Shown piece by piece: positions 8,991-17,827 of a DNA stretch of 64,000 nucleotides. The translations under genes and the position numbers were made by a program. The DNA is from Oscillospiraceae bacterium (GTDB taxonomy: Bacteria > Bacillota > Clostridia > Oscillospirales > CAG-382), in assembly GCA_015063785.1 (NCBI GenBank), contig SVTM01000003.1:7285-71284 (forward strand). The letters are read 5' to 3'. The notes under the pieces were generated by a model. The model searched no databases. It had not been told where the DNA came from and saw only the letters and a list, made by a program, of their open reading frames with translations. Position 1 is the first letter of the stretch; every line of letters begins with the position of its first letter.

Positions 8991-9902
8991 TTATAACGAA
9001 TCTATATATCTGCACGCCGAAATTGCGGCAACTGCGCCGTCGGCGCAGGCTGTTGCCACCTGGCGAACTGCCTTTTTGCGGCAATCACCTGCAACAAAAA
9101 CACCCTTTGTCTTTGTAGTGCAATCCTCCTGTGCATCGAAATATCCGACAGCATCAAGTTCTGCAAGATTTTCAAAAGGTCCGTTTTCGGGTTCAAGACC
9201 GATGGCAACGAACATACCGTCAAGACTGAGCTCGCTTTCGGTGCCGTCTGCAGTTTTCTTGATGGTAATACCCGAAAACTCGGGGGTGTCGTTGATGCCC
9301 GAAACAACGGTGCCGGTGATTATCTCAACGTTTCCGCGCTTGCGAAGAATCTCTTCCAGGCGCTTTTCACCGGTGAGAAAATCGAGATTCTGCACGACGT
9401 AAACCTTTTTACAGCTTTCGGAAAGAAGTATGGCTTCCTGAAGCGCCGAGTTTCCGCCGCCGATAAGAGCAACCGTTTTGTTCTGATAAAAAGCACCGTC
9501 ACAAACAGCGCAGAAGGATATGCCGTCGCCGATAAATCTTTCTTCGTTTTCAAGGCCAAGGTGTCTGTGCTTTGCGCCACAGGCAAGAATAACCGATTTG
9601 CACTCGTATTCGTTGCCGTCCTCTGTGATGACCTTTTTTGTATCGCCGTCTACAATTTCGACAACGTTTTCTATCTCGACCTCTGTCCCCTGCGAAAGCA
9701 CCTGCTCGACCATTTTGTCTGCAAGCTCGCTGCCGCTTATCGATTCAAAACCGGGATAGTTTTCGACCTTGGGAGAAAATGTGATCTGACCTCCGAAAGC
9801 GGCTTTGTCGAGGATAAGAACTGTTTTATTTGCACGGCGCGCATAGACCGCCGCGGTGAGTCCCGCGGGGCCTGCGCCGACGATTATGATATCATGCATC
9901 AA
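8991..9902 (-). CDS. trxB: thioredoxin-disulfide reductase
   Basis: 303-aa ORF. FAD motif IIIVGAGPAGLTAAVYA, redox-active CAVCDG, NADPH motif GGGNSALQEA. Confidence 0.9.
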   Translation of the reverse strand: MMHDIIIVGAGPAGLTAAVYARRANKTVLILDKAAFGGQITFSPKVENYPGFESISGSELADKMVEQVLSQGTEVEIENVVEIVDGDTKKVITEDGNEYECKSVILACGAKHRHLGLENEERFIGDGISFCAVCDGAFYQNKTVALIGGGNSALQEAILLSESCKKVYVVQNLDFLTGEKRLEEILRKRGNVEIITGTVVSGINDTPEFSGITIKKTADGTESELSLDGMFVAIGLEPENGPFENLAELDAVGYFDAQEDCTTKTKGVFVAGDCRKKAVRQVATACADGAVAAISACRYIDSL

Positions 9903-9917
9903 AGTTTCCTCCGCCTA

Positions 9918-12299
9918 TCAGTTGGCAGGCTTTACTGCTGTGATAAACTTTTTGATGTTGGGAACAGAAACAAACTTTTCTGCTTCGCCGCCGTTGATGC
10001 TGACAAGGGTGGGAGCCTGTCTGATTCCAAACGATTCTGCAAGAGAAACGTTTTCTTCAGCAAGGATCTTGGTGTATGCAATGTCTGCCTTGGAAAGCAG
10101 AGCTTCTGCGATCTTACAGTTGGGACAGGTTGCCGAGGCAAAGAGATATACACCGTCCGAAAGAGTGCCTGCACAGCAAGCGTCATCGGATTTGTTGCCC
10201 ATAACGGGTCCTTCGTGAGTGAGAACCGAGTTTGCGATGTCGTAGGTCTTTCTTTCCTTGTATTCCTGCGCCTTACCGTCGTTCCAGTTCTTTACAGGGC
10301 GATAGTAACCTGTGATACGGCTGTAAACTTCGGTTTCCTTGCCGCAGTGCGGGCAAGAGAACTGTTCGCCTGCGAGATAGCCGTGTTCTTTACATACAGA
10401 GTATGTGGGAGAAAGGGTGTAGTAAGGCAGACGGTAGTTTTCTGCGATCTTGCGGACAATGGATGCCGCAGCCTTCCAATCGGGAAGCTTTTCGCCGAGG
10501 AATGCGTGGAAAACAGTACCCGAGGTGTAAAGAGTCTGGAGCTCGTCCTGAACGTCGAGAGCCGAGAAGATATCTTCTGTGTAGCCAACAGGGAGATGAG
10601 ACGAGTTTGTATAGTAAGGCGTTCCGTCAGGTTCGCCTGCGCAGATGATATCGGGATAGCGCTTCTTGTCATGCTTTGCAAGACGGAAAGCTGTGGACTC
10701 TGCAGGGGTCGCTTCGAGATTGTAAAGGTCGCCGTACATTTCCTGATAGTCGGAAAGACGCTCGCGCATGTGGTTAAGAACTTCCTGCGAGAACTTCTGT
10801 GTTGCATCGCTTGTCATATCTGCCTTGATCCAGCAAGCGTTAAGACCTGCTTCGTTCATACCCACAAGACCGATGGTCGAGAAGTGGTTGTTGAATGTAC
10901 CAAGGTATCTCTTGGTGTAAGGATAAAGTCCTTCGTCAAGAAGTTTTGTGATGATGGTACGCTTGATCTTGAGCGAACGTGCCGCGATGTCCATCATTCT
11001 GTCAAGACGGGTAAAGAATTCTTCCTTTGTCTTGGAAAGGTATGCGATTCTGGGGATATTGATGGTAACAACACCGACAGAACCTGTGCTTTCTCCGCTT
11101 CCGAAGAAGCCGCCCGACTTTTTGCGGAGCTCGCGAAGGTCAAGACGGAGTCTGCAGCACATACTGCGCACGTCAGAGGGTTCCATGTCGCTGTTTACAT
11201 AGTTGGAGAAGTAAGGTGTGCCGTACTTGGAGGTCATTTCAAAGAGAAGCTTGTTGTTCTCGGTTTCGGACCAGTCAAAATCACGGGTGATGGAATATGT
11301 GGGGATAGGATACTGGAATCCGCGGCCGTGGGCGTCGCCCTCGATCATGATCTCGATGAATGCGCGGTTGACCATGTCCATTTCCTTTTTACAGTCGCCG
11401 TACTTAAAGTCTACGCGCTTGCCGCCGATGATGGCATATTCATCCTCAAGGTCATGGGGAACGGTCCAGTCAAGGGTGATGTTAGAGAAGGGAGCCTGTG
11501 TACCCCAACGGCTGGGAGTGTTTACGCCGTATATAAACGATTCGATGCACTTCTTAACCGCGTCGTAGCTGAGGTTGTCAGCCTTTACAAAGGGAGCAAG
11601 GTAGGTATCGAACGACGAGAATGCCTGTGCGCCTGCCCATTCGTTCTGCATGATACCAAGGAAGTTTACCATCTGGTTGCAGAGAGTTGCAAGATGCTTT
11701 GCAGGGGCAGAGGTGATCTTTCCGGGAACACCGCCGAGACCTTCTTCGATAAGCTGCTTGAGCGACCAACCTGCACAGTAACCTGTGAGCATCGAAAGGT
11801 CGTGGAGGTGGATATCTGCGTTTCTGTGAGCCTGTGCGATCTCATCGTCATAAATTTCGGAAAGCCAGTAGTTTGCGGTGATGGCACCAGAGTTGTTGAG
11901 GATAAGTCCGCCGACCGAATAGGTAACGGTGGAATTTTCCTTTACACGCCAGTCAATGCTCTTTACATACTGGTCAACCAGCTCCTTGTAGTCAAGGATG
12001 GTGGATTTGAGGTTGCGGAGCTTTTCGCGCTGGCGGCGGTAGAGGATGTATGCCTTTGCAACGTCGGCATAGCCTGCCTGAACAAGAACTGTTTCAACGC
12101 TGTCCTGAATGTCTTCGACGGCAACAAGCTCGTTTTCGATCTTGGGCTCGAAATCAGAGGTTACCTTGAGAGCAAGGAAATCGATGATGTTGTCGTTGAA
12201 CTGGCGTTCGCACGCTTCAAAGCCTTTTCTGATGGCGTCGGATATTTTTGCAATGTCAAAATCGGCAATTTTGCCGTCTCTTTTTGTAACGCGATACAT
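9918..12299 (-). CDS. nrdD: anaerobic (class III) ribonucleoside-triphosphate reductase with a fused C-terminal thioredoxin-fold domain
   Basis: 793-aa ORF. N-terminal ATP-cone (MYRVTKRDGKIADFDIAKI), zinc site CPHCG, glycyl-radical motif RITGYYRPV. About 115 extra C-terminal residues contain VYLFASATCPNCK (CPNC at 10113-10127). Confidence 0.9.
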   Translation of the reverse strand: MYRVTKRDGKIADFDIAKISDAIRKGFEACERQFNDNIIDFLALKVTSDFEPKIENELVAVEDIQDSVETVLVQAGYADVAKAYILYRRQREKLRNLKSTILDYKELVDQYVKSIDWRVKENSTVTYSVGGLILNNSGAITANYWLSEIYDDEIAQAHRNADIHLHDLSMLTGYCAGWSLKQLIEEGLGGVPGKITSAPAKHLATLCNQMVNFLGIMQNEWAGAQAFSSFDTYLAPFVKADNLSYDAVKKCIESFIYGVNTPSRWGTQAPFSNITLDWTVPHDLEDEYAIIGGKRVDFKYGDCKKEMDMVNRAFIEIMIEGDAHGRGFQYPIPTYSITRDFDWSETENNKLLFEMTSKYGTPYFSNYVNSDMEPSDVRSMCCRLRLDLRELRKKSGGFFGSGESTGSVGVVTINIPRIAYLSKTKEEFFTRLDRMMDIAARSLKIKRTIITKLLDEGLYPYTKRYLGTFNNHFSTIGLVGMNEAGLNACWIKADMTSDATQKFSQEVLNHMRERLSDYQEMYGDLYNLEATPAESTAFRLAKHDKKRYPDIICAGEPDGTPYYTNSSHLPVGYTEDIFSALDVQDELQTLYTSGTVFHAFLGEKLPDWKAAASIVRKIAENYRLPYYTLSPTYSVCKEHGYLAGEQFSCPHCGKETEVYSRITGYYRPVKNWNDGKAQEYKERKTYDIANSVLTHEGPVMGNKSDDACCAGTLSDGVYLFASATCPNCKIAEALLSKADIAYTKILAEENVSLAESFGIRQAPTLVSINGGEAEKFVSVPNIKKFITAVKPAN

Positions 12300-12336
12300 A
12301 AAGTTTCTCCTTTTTTATGTTATTATTTTCAAAAAC

Positions 12337-13047
12337 TTATTCTTTTCCCCGCAAAGCCGCCCGGGGGACACGTTTTTTTACTTTTTCGAGAATTTTTTTC
12401 AGCTCGTCACCCTCAAAGGGAGAGCAGATGTCTGAAAGAATGTTTCCCGAATCGACAAAACACTGGATAAAATACTGTTCATCGGGATGAAGCAAAAAGG
12501 AAATTTTTTCGAAATCGGAAATTTCGTGTATTCCCTTTGCCGCGGTGGTGCGGAATTCGTATTCGACCCCCGAAGCGCGGATTATCTCCATACTCTTTGC
12601 AAAGGTGGTAAAGGGAATTTCGCTGCCGCTTGCCTTTTCGTAGCCTTCGGGGGAGGATTTTATATCCATCGCCACGTAGTCCACAAGGCCGGCATCAAGG
12701 ATCGTACAGAGCTTTTCGGGCAAGCTTCCGTTGGTGTCAAGCTTTACCGAATACCCCATTTCCTTAAGCTTTGAAAGAAATTCTGAAAGGTGGGGCTGCA
12801 GAAGAGGCTCGCCTCCCGTGACGCAAACGCCGTCGAGAATGCCTTTTCTTTTTGAAAGGTAGGAAAGAAGCTCGTTCAGCATATCTTCGGTTCCCGTGGG
12901 GTCCCTTACGATGCCCGCATTGTGACAAAAGGGGCAGCGCAGATTGCATCCGCCCGTAAAAACGGTGCAGGCGACCTTGCCGGGATAATCAAGAAGCGTC
13001 AGCTTCTGATAGCCTTTTATGCTGATGTTAAGCTTTTCGTTTTCCAC
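12337..13047 (-). CDS. nrdG: anaerobic ribonucleotide reductase activating protein (radical SAM)
   Basis: Contains CNLRCPFCHN radical-SAM cluster motif. Start set at GTG 13047 (GGGAGG RBS) because the upstream ATGs at 13095 and 13122 fall inside the promoter and NrdR box. Confidence 0.85.
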   Translation of the reverse strand: MENEKLNISIKGYQKLTLLDYPGKVACTVFTGGCNLRCPFCHNAGIVRDPTGTEDMLNELLSYLSKRKGILDGVCVTGGEPLLQPHLSEFLSKLKEMGYSVKLDTNGSLPEKLCTILDAGLVDYVAMDIKSSPEGYEKASGSEIPFTTFAKSMEIIRASGVEYEFRTTAAKGIHEISDFEKISFLLHPDEQYFIQCFVDSGNILSDICSPFEGDELKKILEKVKKRVPRAALRGKE

Positions 13048-13081
13048 TTTGCTCACCTCCCAATTTCCGAGTTGCCTTGTA

Positions 13082-13110
13082 AGTATATCATACATTTTGT
13101 GATAAGTCAA
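13082..13110 (-). promoter_or_regulatory. sigma-70-like promoter of the nrdG-nrdD-trxB operon
   Basis: On the minus strand: TTGACT (13110-13105), 17-nt spacer, TATACT (13087-13082). Confidence 0.6.
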
Positions 13111-13118
13111 TAGGAAAA

Positions 13119-13134
13119 TCACAATATATTGTGT
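13119..13134 (-). promoter_or_regulatory. NrdR box 1
   Basis: 16-bp palindrome TCACAATATATTGTGT matches the NrdR operator pattern (acaCwAtATaTwGtgt). Confidence 0.8.
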
Positions 13135-13149
13135 TTTTTCTTGTATTTT

Positions 13150-13165
13150 TCACAAGATATTGTGT
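13150..13165 (-). promoter_or_regulatory. NrdR box 2
   Basis: TCACAAGATATTGTGT, 31 bp centre-to-centre from box 1, the usual tandem NrdR-box spacing. Confidence 0.8.
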
Positions 13166-13252
13166 GCCGCACCCCTTCAAAAACCATTGTATATCAAGGT
13201 TTTTGTTGGCTATGACAAATTGGATGGGAAATTTTTGTGTATATTGACGAGG

Positions 13253-13285
13253 CAAAAAATCAGGCCTGCCCACAAGGGGCAGACC
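13253..13285 (-). terminator. probable intrinsic terminator after the 13307-14458 gene
   Basis: Minus strand: GGTCTGCCC / GGGCAGGCC stem (one mismatch) with a 5-nt loop, then TGATTTTTT. Confidence 0.5.
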
Positions 13286-13306
13286 CGTAGTTTTTGTTAT
13301 TTCAGT

Positions 13307-14458
13307 CTATTCCGATGCCGATTCCTCAGCTTCCTCCACCGCCTTAAATGCCTCCGCGCTTACAAGCCGACGCTTCAGATCTACATTTTGGCTCTGATCT
13401 GCAATCATTTCAGGCGTGGCAAAAGTGTAAAATATATCGGAAAGTATCGGAGAGTCGAGAACCTCAACGCCATTTACCTGAATGGTTTTTGGCGAACAGA
13501 GATAACCGACTTCAAGAAGGACCCCGTTTTTTCTGCTTTCAAGAAAGTAACCGACAAAGGCGTAGAGTCCTCCCCCCGACTTGTACGGCACAAGAGCTGC
13601 TCCCTTGACCTTGTAAAAAAGATCAAGATGTTCTGCAAGAGCATCGCCCGTTATTTCTTTTTTGTATTCATAATTTCCTCGGAGAACATTCATATCGGGA
13701 GGTATGCGGAAGCGTACACCGTTTTCGATGGTGTAAATGGAAAGCACAAGATCGTCGATGTCTTCCTCTGCAAGGGCTTTTTCGAGATCAAGATCAAGGC
13801 GCTGCGCGTTCTCGGGGTCGGCAACGCGGAAAGGATGGCGAATATTATCAAAATCGTCCCTGTCGATAACTGCCTTGATCTGTTCGCCCAAGTAATCGGT
13901 AAATTCGAACCTTGTGTATTCGGGATCGAAGTTATCTGCGATCTTGCCGACAAGATCGGGGCCGTCTGAATACCTCGGGTCAATATCGCGAATGACAAAA
14001 TAATAGTGCAGATCGGGAATATCGAAAACAAGCGACGCTTCTGAAAGTATCTGCGAATAGGATATTGCCGTATTTGACGGGTCAACGTAGTCAAGAAACA
14101 CAGTTGCAATTCCGCTACCGAAAGCATTATCGGCAAGCACCTGTAATTGATGACAGGCGGTATTTGTCAGGAGAGTGTCTTTCCAGATTCTGTAATCGGA
14201 TCGGGAAAAATATACATCAAACGGAAAAGAAAGCTCCTCGGTTATCACGGTGCCCACATTCTGATCGGCGTTGACACTTAAATTTATACTCTCAAAGGAG
14301 CTTACCGAAAGTCCGTATGTGTCCTTGACATATTCGGTTATCGCCTGTTTCGCATTTTCCTTTTCAAAGGGAGCGCCTGTTATAACAAAGAATATCGCCA
14401 CTGCGGCAAGTATCAGTACAATAACCGCGGATAAGGTTATGGCAAGCTTCTTTTTCAT
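13307..14458 (-). CDS. membrane-anchored hypothetical protein (single N-terminal TM, large extracytoplasmic domain)
   Basis: 383-aa ORF. N-terminus MKKKLAITLSAVIVLILAAVAIFFVITG. Begins 4 nt after the upstream permease gene. No recognisable catalytic motif. Confidence 0.7.
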   Translation of the reverse strand: MKKKLAITLSAVIVLILAAVAIFFVITGAPFEKENAKQAITEYVKDTYGLSVSSFESINLSVNADQNVGTVITEELSFPFDVYFSRSDYRIWKDTLLTNTACHQLQVLADNAFGSGIATVFLDYVDPSNTAISYSQILSEASLVFDIPDLHYYFVIRDIDPRYSDGPDLVGKIADNFDPEYTRFEFTDYLGEQIKAVIDRDDFDNIRHPFRVADPENAQRLDLDLEKALAEEDIDDLVLSIYTIENGVRFRIPPDMNVLRGNYEYKKEITGDALAEHLDLFYKVKGAALVPYKSGGGLYAFVGYFLESRKNGVLLEVGYLCSPKTIQVNGVEVLDSPILSDIFYTFATPEMIADQSQNVDLKRRLVSAEAFKAVEEAEESASE

Positions 14459-14462
14459 CGTG

Positions 14463-16490
14463 TTACCTCCTCAAAAACTCCGGTATCTCATCGGTCAGAT
14501 GTTCGATATACTTCGACCAAAGATAGTTGTCTTGTTCGTCAACGAAGATATATTCGATCCCCACAATCTTTTCGGCTGATTCATCAACTGTGTGATAGGT
14601 GGGAATTCCAAGTCGGCAAAGGTCATATATCTTTGCGACAGTTTCGCGGTCGGTAACGCGAAGTCCCGTTACCTCGCCAAAGCCCTTCGCTATCTGTTCA
14701 CTGTACTCCACCGCCGACTCTTTGCGAGAATCATCGAATCTCACAATAACAGCGCCGATATTTTCGAGATCTTCATCGTACACTTCGGGAACACCGATCA
14801 TTTTCAAAACCTTAAGGGTTTCGGTGAAGTTTTGGTTGATATATACCGAACGGCGTGTTCTGTGCTCCATCTTTTCGTCGTTGGTGAGCTTGCGCTCAGG
14901 ATACGAAACATAATAACCTGGAACGTAATACTCGACCGAAATATAAAGGTCGCTTGACGAAACCAACTGTTCGTAGGGCAATCTTTCCAGATCCTTTTTT
15001 ATCGCCTCAAAGAGCGCCTGTGCCTCGCTGCTTTGTCCGCCAAAGTAGCTTTCGTGGCGTTTTATACGGTCATCAACCACCGTCACAGACAAAAGCTCCT
15101 TGTCGGTGGTGTCGATCAGCGGATAGCGGTCTGCCTTGATCTCGTCGATATTGAGGACAGGGATCATATATTTCTCGTAGTTTTCGTCAGAAAGGAAATT
15201 GTACACTCTTTCAAGGGTCGAGCCGTTTTTGAGGTGGTAGGTGAAGATGAAACTGTCCTCAACATGGTACTTTTCTGTTGTTCTGTCGAAGTTTTTGTCC
15301 GAAATATACGCCTTGTGCAGAGCACGGAGCTTTTCGATATCCTCGGGATCTTCGATCTGATAATCTGCCTCTGTGAGGCGGACAAAGTTGTCATACGTGC
15401 TGTAATAGTGCGGATAAACAGAAACGTATTCCACTTCGTTCGCTTTTGGCACGCGTTTTTCGATGCCGAAAATGTCAAAGGCAAAGGTGGCCGAAACGGC
15501 AAGCACCGCCGCCGTAAAGACGAGAACATATTTCAGCGTTCCGCGCAGATTCACGCTCTTTTTTGCGATCATGGTCGAAACGACAACGCCGATGATGCCC
15601 AGCGGCAACATTCCCACAGGATTTTTTATCTCCATAACTCCGAAGAAGAAAAGATAGCTGATCATGCCGCAGACCAGTCCGACGGCGTAGATAAAAAGTC
15701 CATGGAGCTTTTTGAAGGCAACTACCTCCTCGCAGTTTTCGAGCGGACGGAATTTGTAAACGAAAAATCCCGCCACAAGAAAAACGAGCATAAAGCCGAG
15801 ATACACGGCAAAACGCCACGGGAAAAGAGCTTCGGGGAAAACGTAAAGAAATTCGATGATCTTTTCGAGTATCCAAGCATCCGAAGTATAGCCGTAGATG
15901 TTGTTATGGCAAAGTGCGAAATAAAATACCAGAAGCGCCGCAGGCATGATGGCGATTGCCGACGAAAACAGGGTGGATACCACCACGTTTCCGCACACCG
16001 TCATGGCAAAGCAGGCAATGGCAAACGCAAGAAAAGCATAGATGAGAAGAATGCCCATGTACGCGGAGATATAACCGCCCGAAACATAGACGTTTCCCAA
16101 AGAATTAAGAGAAAGCACCAGTGTCGAGACAAAAACGGGGGTTGCGATAAGGACAAATCCCGAAGCAAGCCGCGAAAAATAAAGCTTTCTTCGCGAATAG
16201 GGCAAACCGTGCATGCACGAAACCGAATTCGGTTTGTTGAGATAGGAAAAAAGTCTTGTGCCCACAAAAAGTCCGAAGAGCAGAGCAAAGAAGAAAGAAA
16301 TGCCGAAAAACGATATAAAATAGGTATATTGAGGTTTGAAATAAGAATAGCCGTAGCCTTTAGGCAGACTCATTACGTTGAGAATGAGAACAACGAAAAA
16401 CACCGCCGACCACATCCAGTTGTTGCGGATATCGGCTTTTATGAGAGCTTTTGAGAAAATTCTGTCAAATAAGGATGTTTTCGAATTCAT
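14463..16490 (-). CDS. ABC-transporter-associated polytopic membrane protein with a ~330-aa C-terminal hydrophilic domain
   Basis: The N-terminal ~340 aa are strongly hydrophobic with multiple TM segments. Start set at ATG 16490 (GGGAGG RBS, 9-nt spacer), overlapping the end of the ATPase gene. Confidence 0.75.
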   Translation of the reverse strand: MNSKTSLFDRIFSKALIKADIRNNWMWSAVFFVVLILNVMSLPKGYGYSYFKPQYTYFISFFGISFFFALLFGLFVGTRLFSYLNKPNSVSCMHGLPYSRRKLYFSRLASGFVLIATPVFVSTLVLSLNSLGNVYVSGGYISAYMGILLIYAFLAFAIACFAMTVCGNVVVSTLFSSAIAIMPAALLVFYFALCHNNIYGYTSDAWILEKIIEFLYVFPEALFPWRFAVYLGFMLVFLVAGFFVYKFRPLENCEEVVAFKKLHGLFIYAVGLVCGMISYLFFFGVMEIKNPVGMLPLGIIGVVVSTMIAKKSVNLRGTLKYVLVFTAAVLAVSATFAFDIFGIEKRVPKANEVEYVSVYPHYYSTYDNFVRLTEADYQIEDPEDIEKLRALHKAYISDKNFDRTTEKYHVEDSFIFTYHLKNGSTLERVYNFLSDENYEKYMIPVLNIDEIKADRYPLIDTTDKELLSVTVVDDRIKRHESYFGGQSSEAQALFEAIKKDLERLPYEQLVSSSDLYISVEYYVPGYYVSYPERKLTNDEKMEHRTRRSVYINQNFTETLKVLKMIGVPEVYDEDLENIGAVIVRFDDSRKESAVEYSEQIAKGFGEVTGLRVTDRETVAKIYDLCRLGIPTYHTVDESAEKIVGIEYIFVDEQDNYLWSKYIEHLTDEIPEFLRR

Positions 16491-17388
16491 AACCCATACC
16501 TCCCAATTCATAGATAAATACTTCTTCAAGTGTCAGGGGGATAATATCCAAAATTGCAGGCGAGGTGGCGTATATCGTTTCCTTCACCTTTTCGGTGTCC
16601 CCTTTGATGATAAGGCACGAAACGCTGCCAATGCGGCTTTCGTGGAGAATATCCAAAGACAAACGTATCTGCTCCAGCTTCTTTTCGTATTCGCCGTCGC
16701 TGAGGTTATATGCAAGCTGGATCTTATGGATATTACCCTTTACGTCGTCAAGAGATTTTTCGATCACCGTCTTGCCCTTGAAAACGATGCCCACATGATC
16801 GCACACATCCTCGAGCTCGCGCAGGTTGTGGCTGGAGATAAGAACCGTCATTCCGCGCTCTGCCACCTCCGACAGAATAAGGCGCCAGGTGTTTCGGCGC
16901 ATAACAGGATCAAGCCCGTCGATCGGCTCGTCGAGTATAAGCACCTCGGGACGGCAGGAAATGCCGATCCAGAAGGCAACCTGCTTCTGCATACCCTTTG
17001 AAAGTCTTATCACCTTTCGCGACAGATCGATCTTGAATATCTCGCCCAGCTTTTTAAAAAGCTCACCATCCCAATTAGGGTATATCTCGGAATACATTTT
17101 TGCTGTCTGTGCCACAGTGTAGGCGGGATAGAAGAAAAGATCGTCAGATACGTATACTATCTTTCTTTTTGCATTTTCATTTTCATATATCCTTTCGCCG
17201 TCAAGCATAATGTCGCCATCGTCGGCACGCCACACGCCCATAAGCACTTTGATAAAGGTGGTCTTTCCTGCGCCGTTGGGCCCCACAAGACCGTAGACAG
17301 AACCCTTTTCAACGTTGATCGAAAGTCCGTCAAGGGCGATATTGTTTCCAAAACGCTTGGTCACGTTTTCAGCAGTTATCATTGCCAT
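16465..17388 (-). CDS. ABC transporter ATP-binding protein
   Basis: 307-aa ORF. Walker A GPNGAGKTT, signature LSKGMQ, Walker B LILDEP. Confidence 0.9.
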   Translation of the reverse strand: MAMITAENVTKRFGNNIALDGLSINVEKGSVYGLVGPNGAGKTTFIKVLMGVWRADDGDIMLDGERIYENENAKRKIVYVSDDLFFYPAYTVAQTAKMYSEIYPNWDGELFKKLGEIFKIDLSRKVIRLSKGMQKQVAFWIGISCRPEVLILDEPIDGLDPVMRRNTWRLILSEVAERGMTVLISSHNLRELEDVCDHVGIVFKGKTVIEKSLDDVKGNIHKIQLAYNLSDGEYEKKLEQIRLSLDILHESRIGSVSCLIIKGDTEKVKETIYATSPAILDIIPLTLEEVFIYELGGMGYEFENILI

Positions 17389-17758
17389 CGTTTGTTCCTC
17401 CTTTGTAGATGCTGTTTATAATGTCCGAAAGCTCGCTCTTTGTTTTTCCAAGGTACATAAGCTCGCGTACCGTGTCGGAAAATTTTGCCAGAAGCTCGGC
17501 GTTTTTGCCGATATCGGTTGATTCTCTCGGGGTCACAAAATATCCCTTTGCCGCCATCGAGTAGATATACCCTTCGCTTTCAAGCTCTTTGTACGCCTTC
17601 TGTATCGTATTGGGGTTTATCGCCATGCTGACGGCAAGCTCGCGGACAGAGGGAATCTTTTCGCCTTCCTTCATGGCGCCCCCGATGATCAGAAATTTCA
17701 TTTTTTCCTTTATCTGCTCATAGATCGGTCGGCGGTCTTTGAAATCGAGCTGAAACAT
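17369..17758 (-). CDS. GntR family transcriptional regulator (short YtrA-like type)
   Basis: MFQLDFKDRRPIYEQIKEKMKFLIIGG...LPSVRELAVSMAINPNTIQKAYKELE is a GntR winged-helix pattern. Start set at ATG 17758 (AGGAGA RBS). Confidence 0.85.
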   Translation of the reverse strand: MFQLDFKDRRPIYEQIKEKMKFLIIGGAMKEGEKIPSVRELAVSMAINPNTIQKAYKELESEGYIYSMAAKGYFVTPRESTDIGKNAELLAKFSDTVRELMYLGKTKSELSDIINSIYKGGTNDGNDNC

Positions 17759-17783
17759 ATCGCTTTCTCCTTTCCGTGTATTA

Positions 17784-17827
17784 ACTGTACTACTACAGAT
17801 AATACAGTATAATACAGTATTTGTCAA
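17784..17827 (-). promoter_or_regulatory. promoter plus repeat-type operator candidate of the GntR-ABC operon
   Basis: Minus strand: TTGACA (17827-17822), 17-nt spacer, TATTAT (17804-17799). A direct repeat ACTGTATTAT x2 (17801-17820) and an inverted ACTGTA...TACAGT overlap the spacer and -10 element. Confidence 0.5.

Noticed and set aside
9561-12470. 969-aa plus-strand ORF and many similar long ORFs: 1964-3334, 3350-4192, 13160-13969, 15033-16454, 21616-22476, 22473-23273, 24190-25149, 25595-26725, 26908-27546, 27657-28661, 28736-29527, 30823-31836, 33864-34580, 35472-36329, 36902-38371, 44352-45095, 45547-46251, 51695-52423, 53826-54692, 54696-56435, 60322-61833, 62157-62975
   Set aside because: Each lies antisense, mostly codon-aligned, to a gene with clear family motifs (NrdD, SLH proteins, ABC permease, IlvE, KorA/B, DnaK, HrcA and others). 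Their translations are low-complexity or Cys/Arg/Val-rich with no recognisable domains, RBS or promoters. They are explained by avoidance of TTA/CTA/TCA codons.
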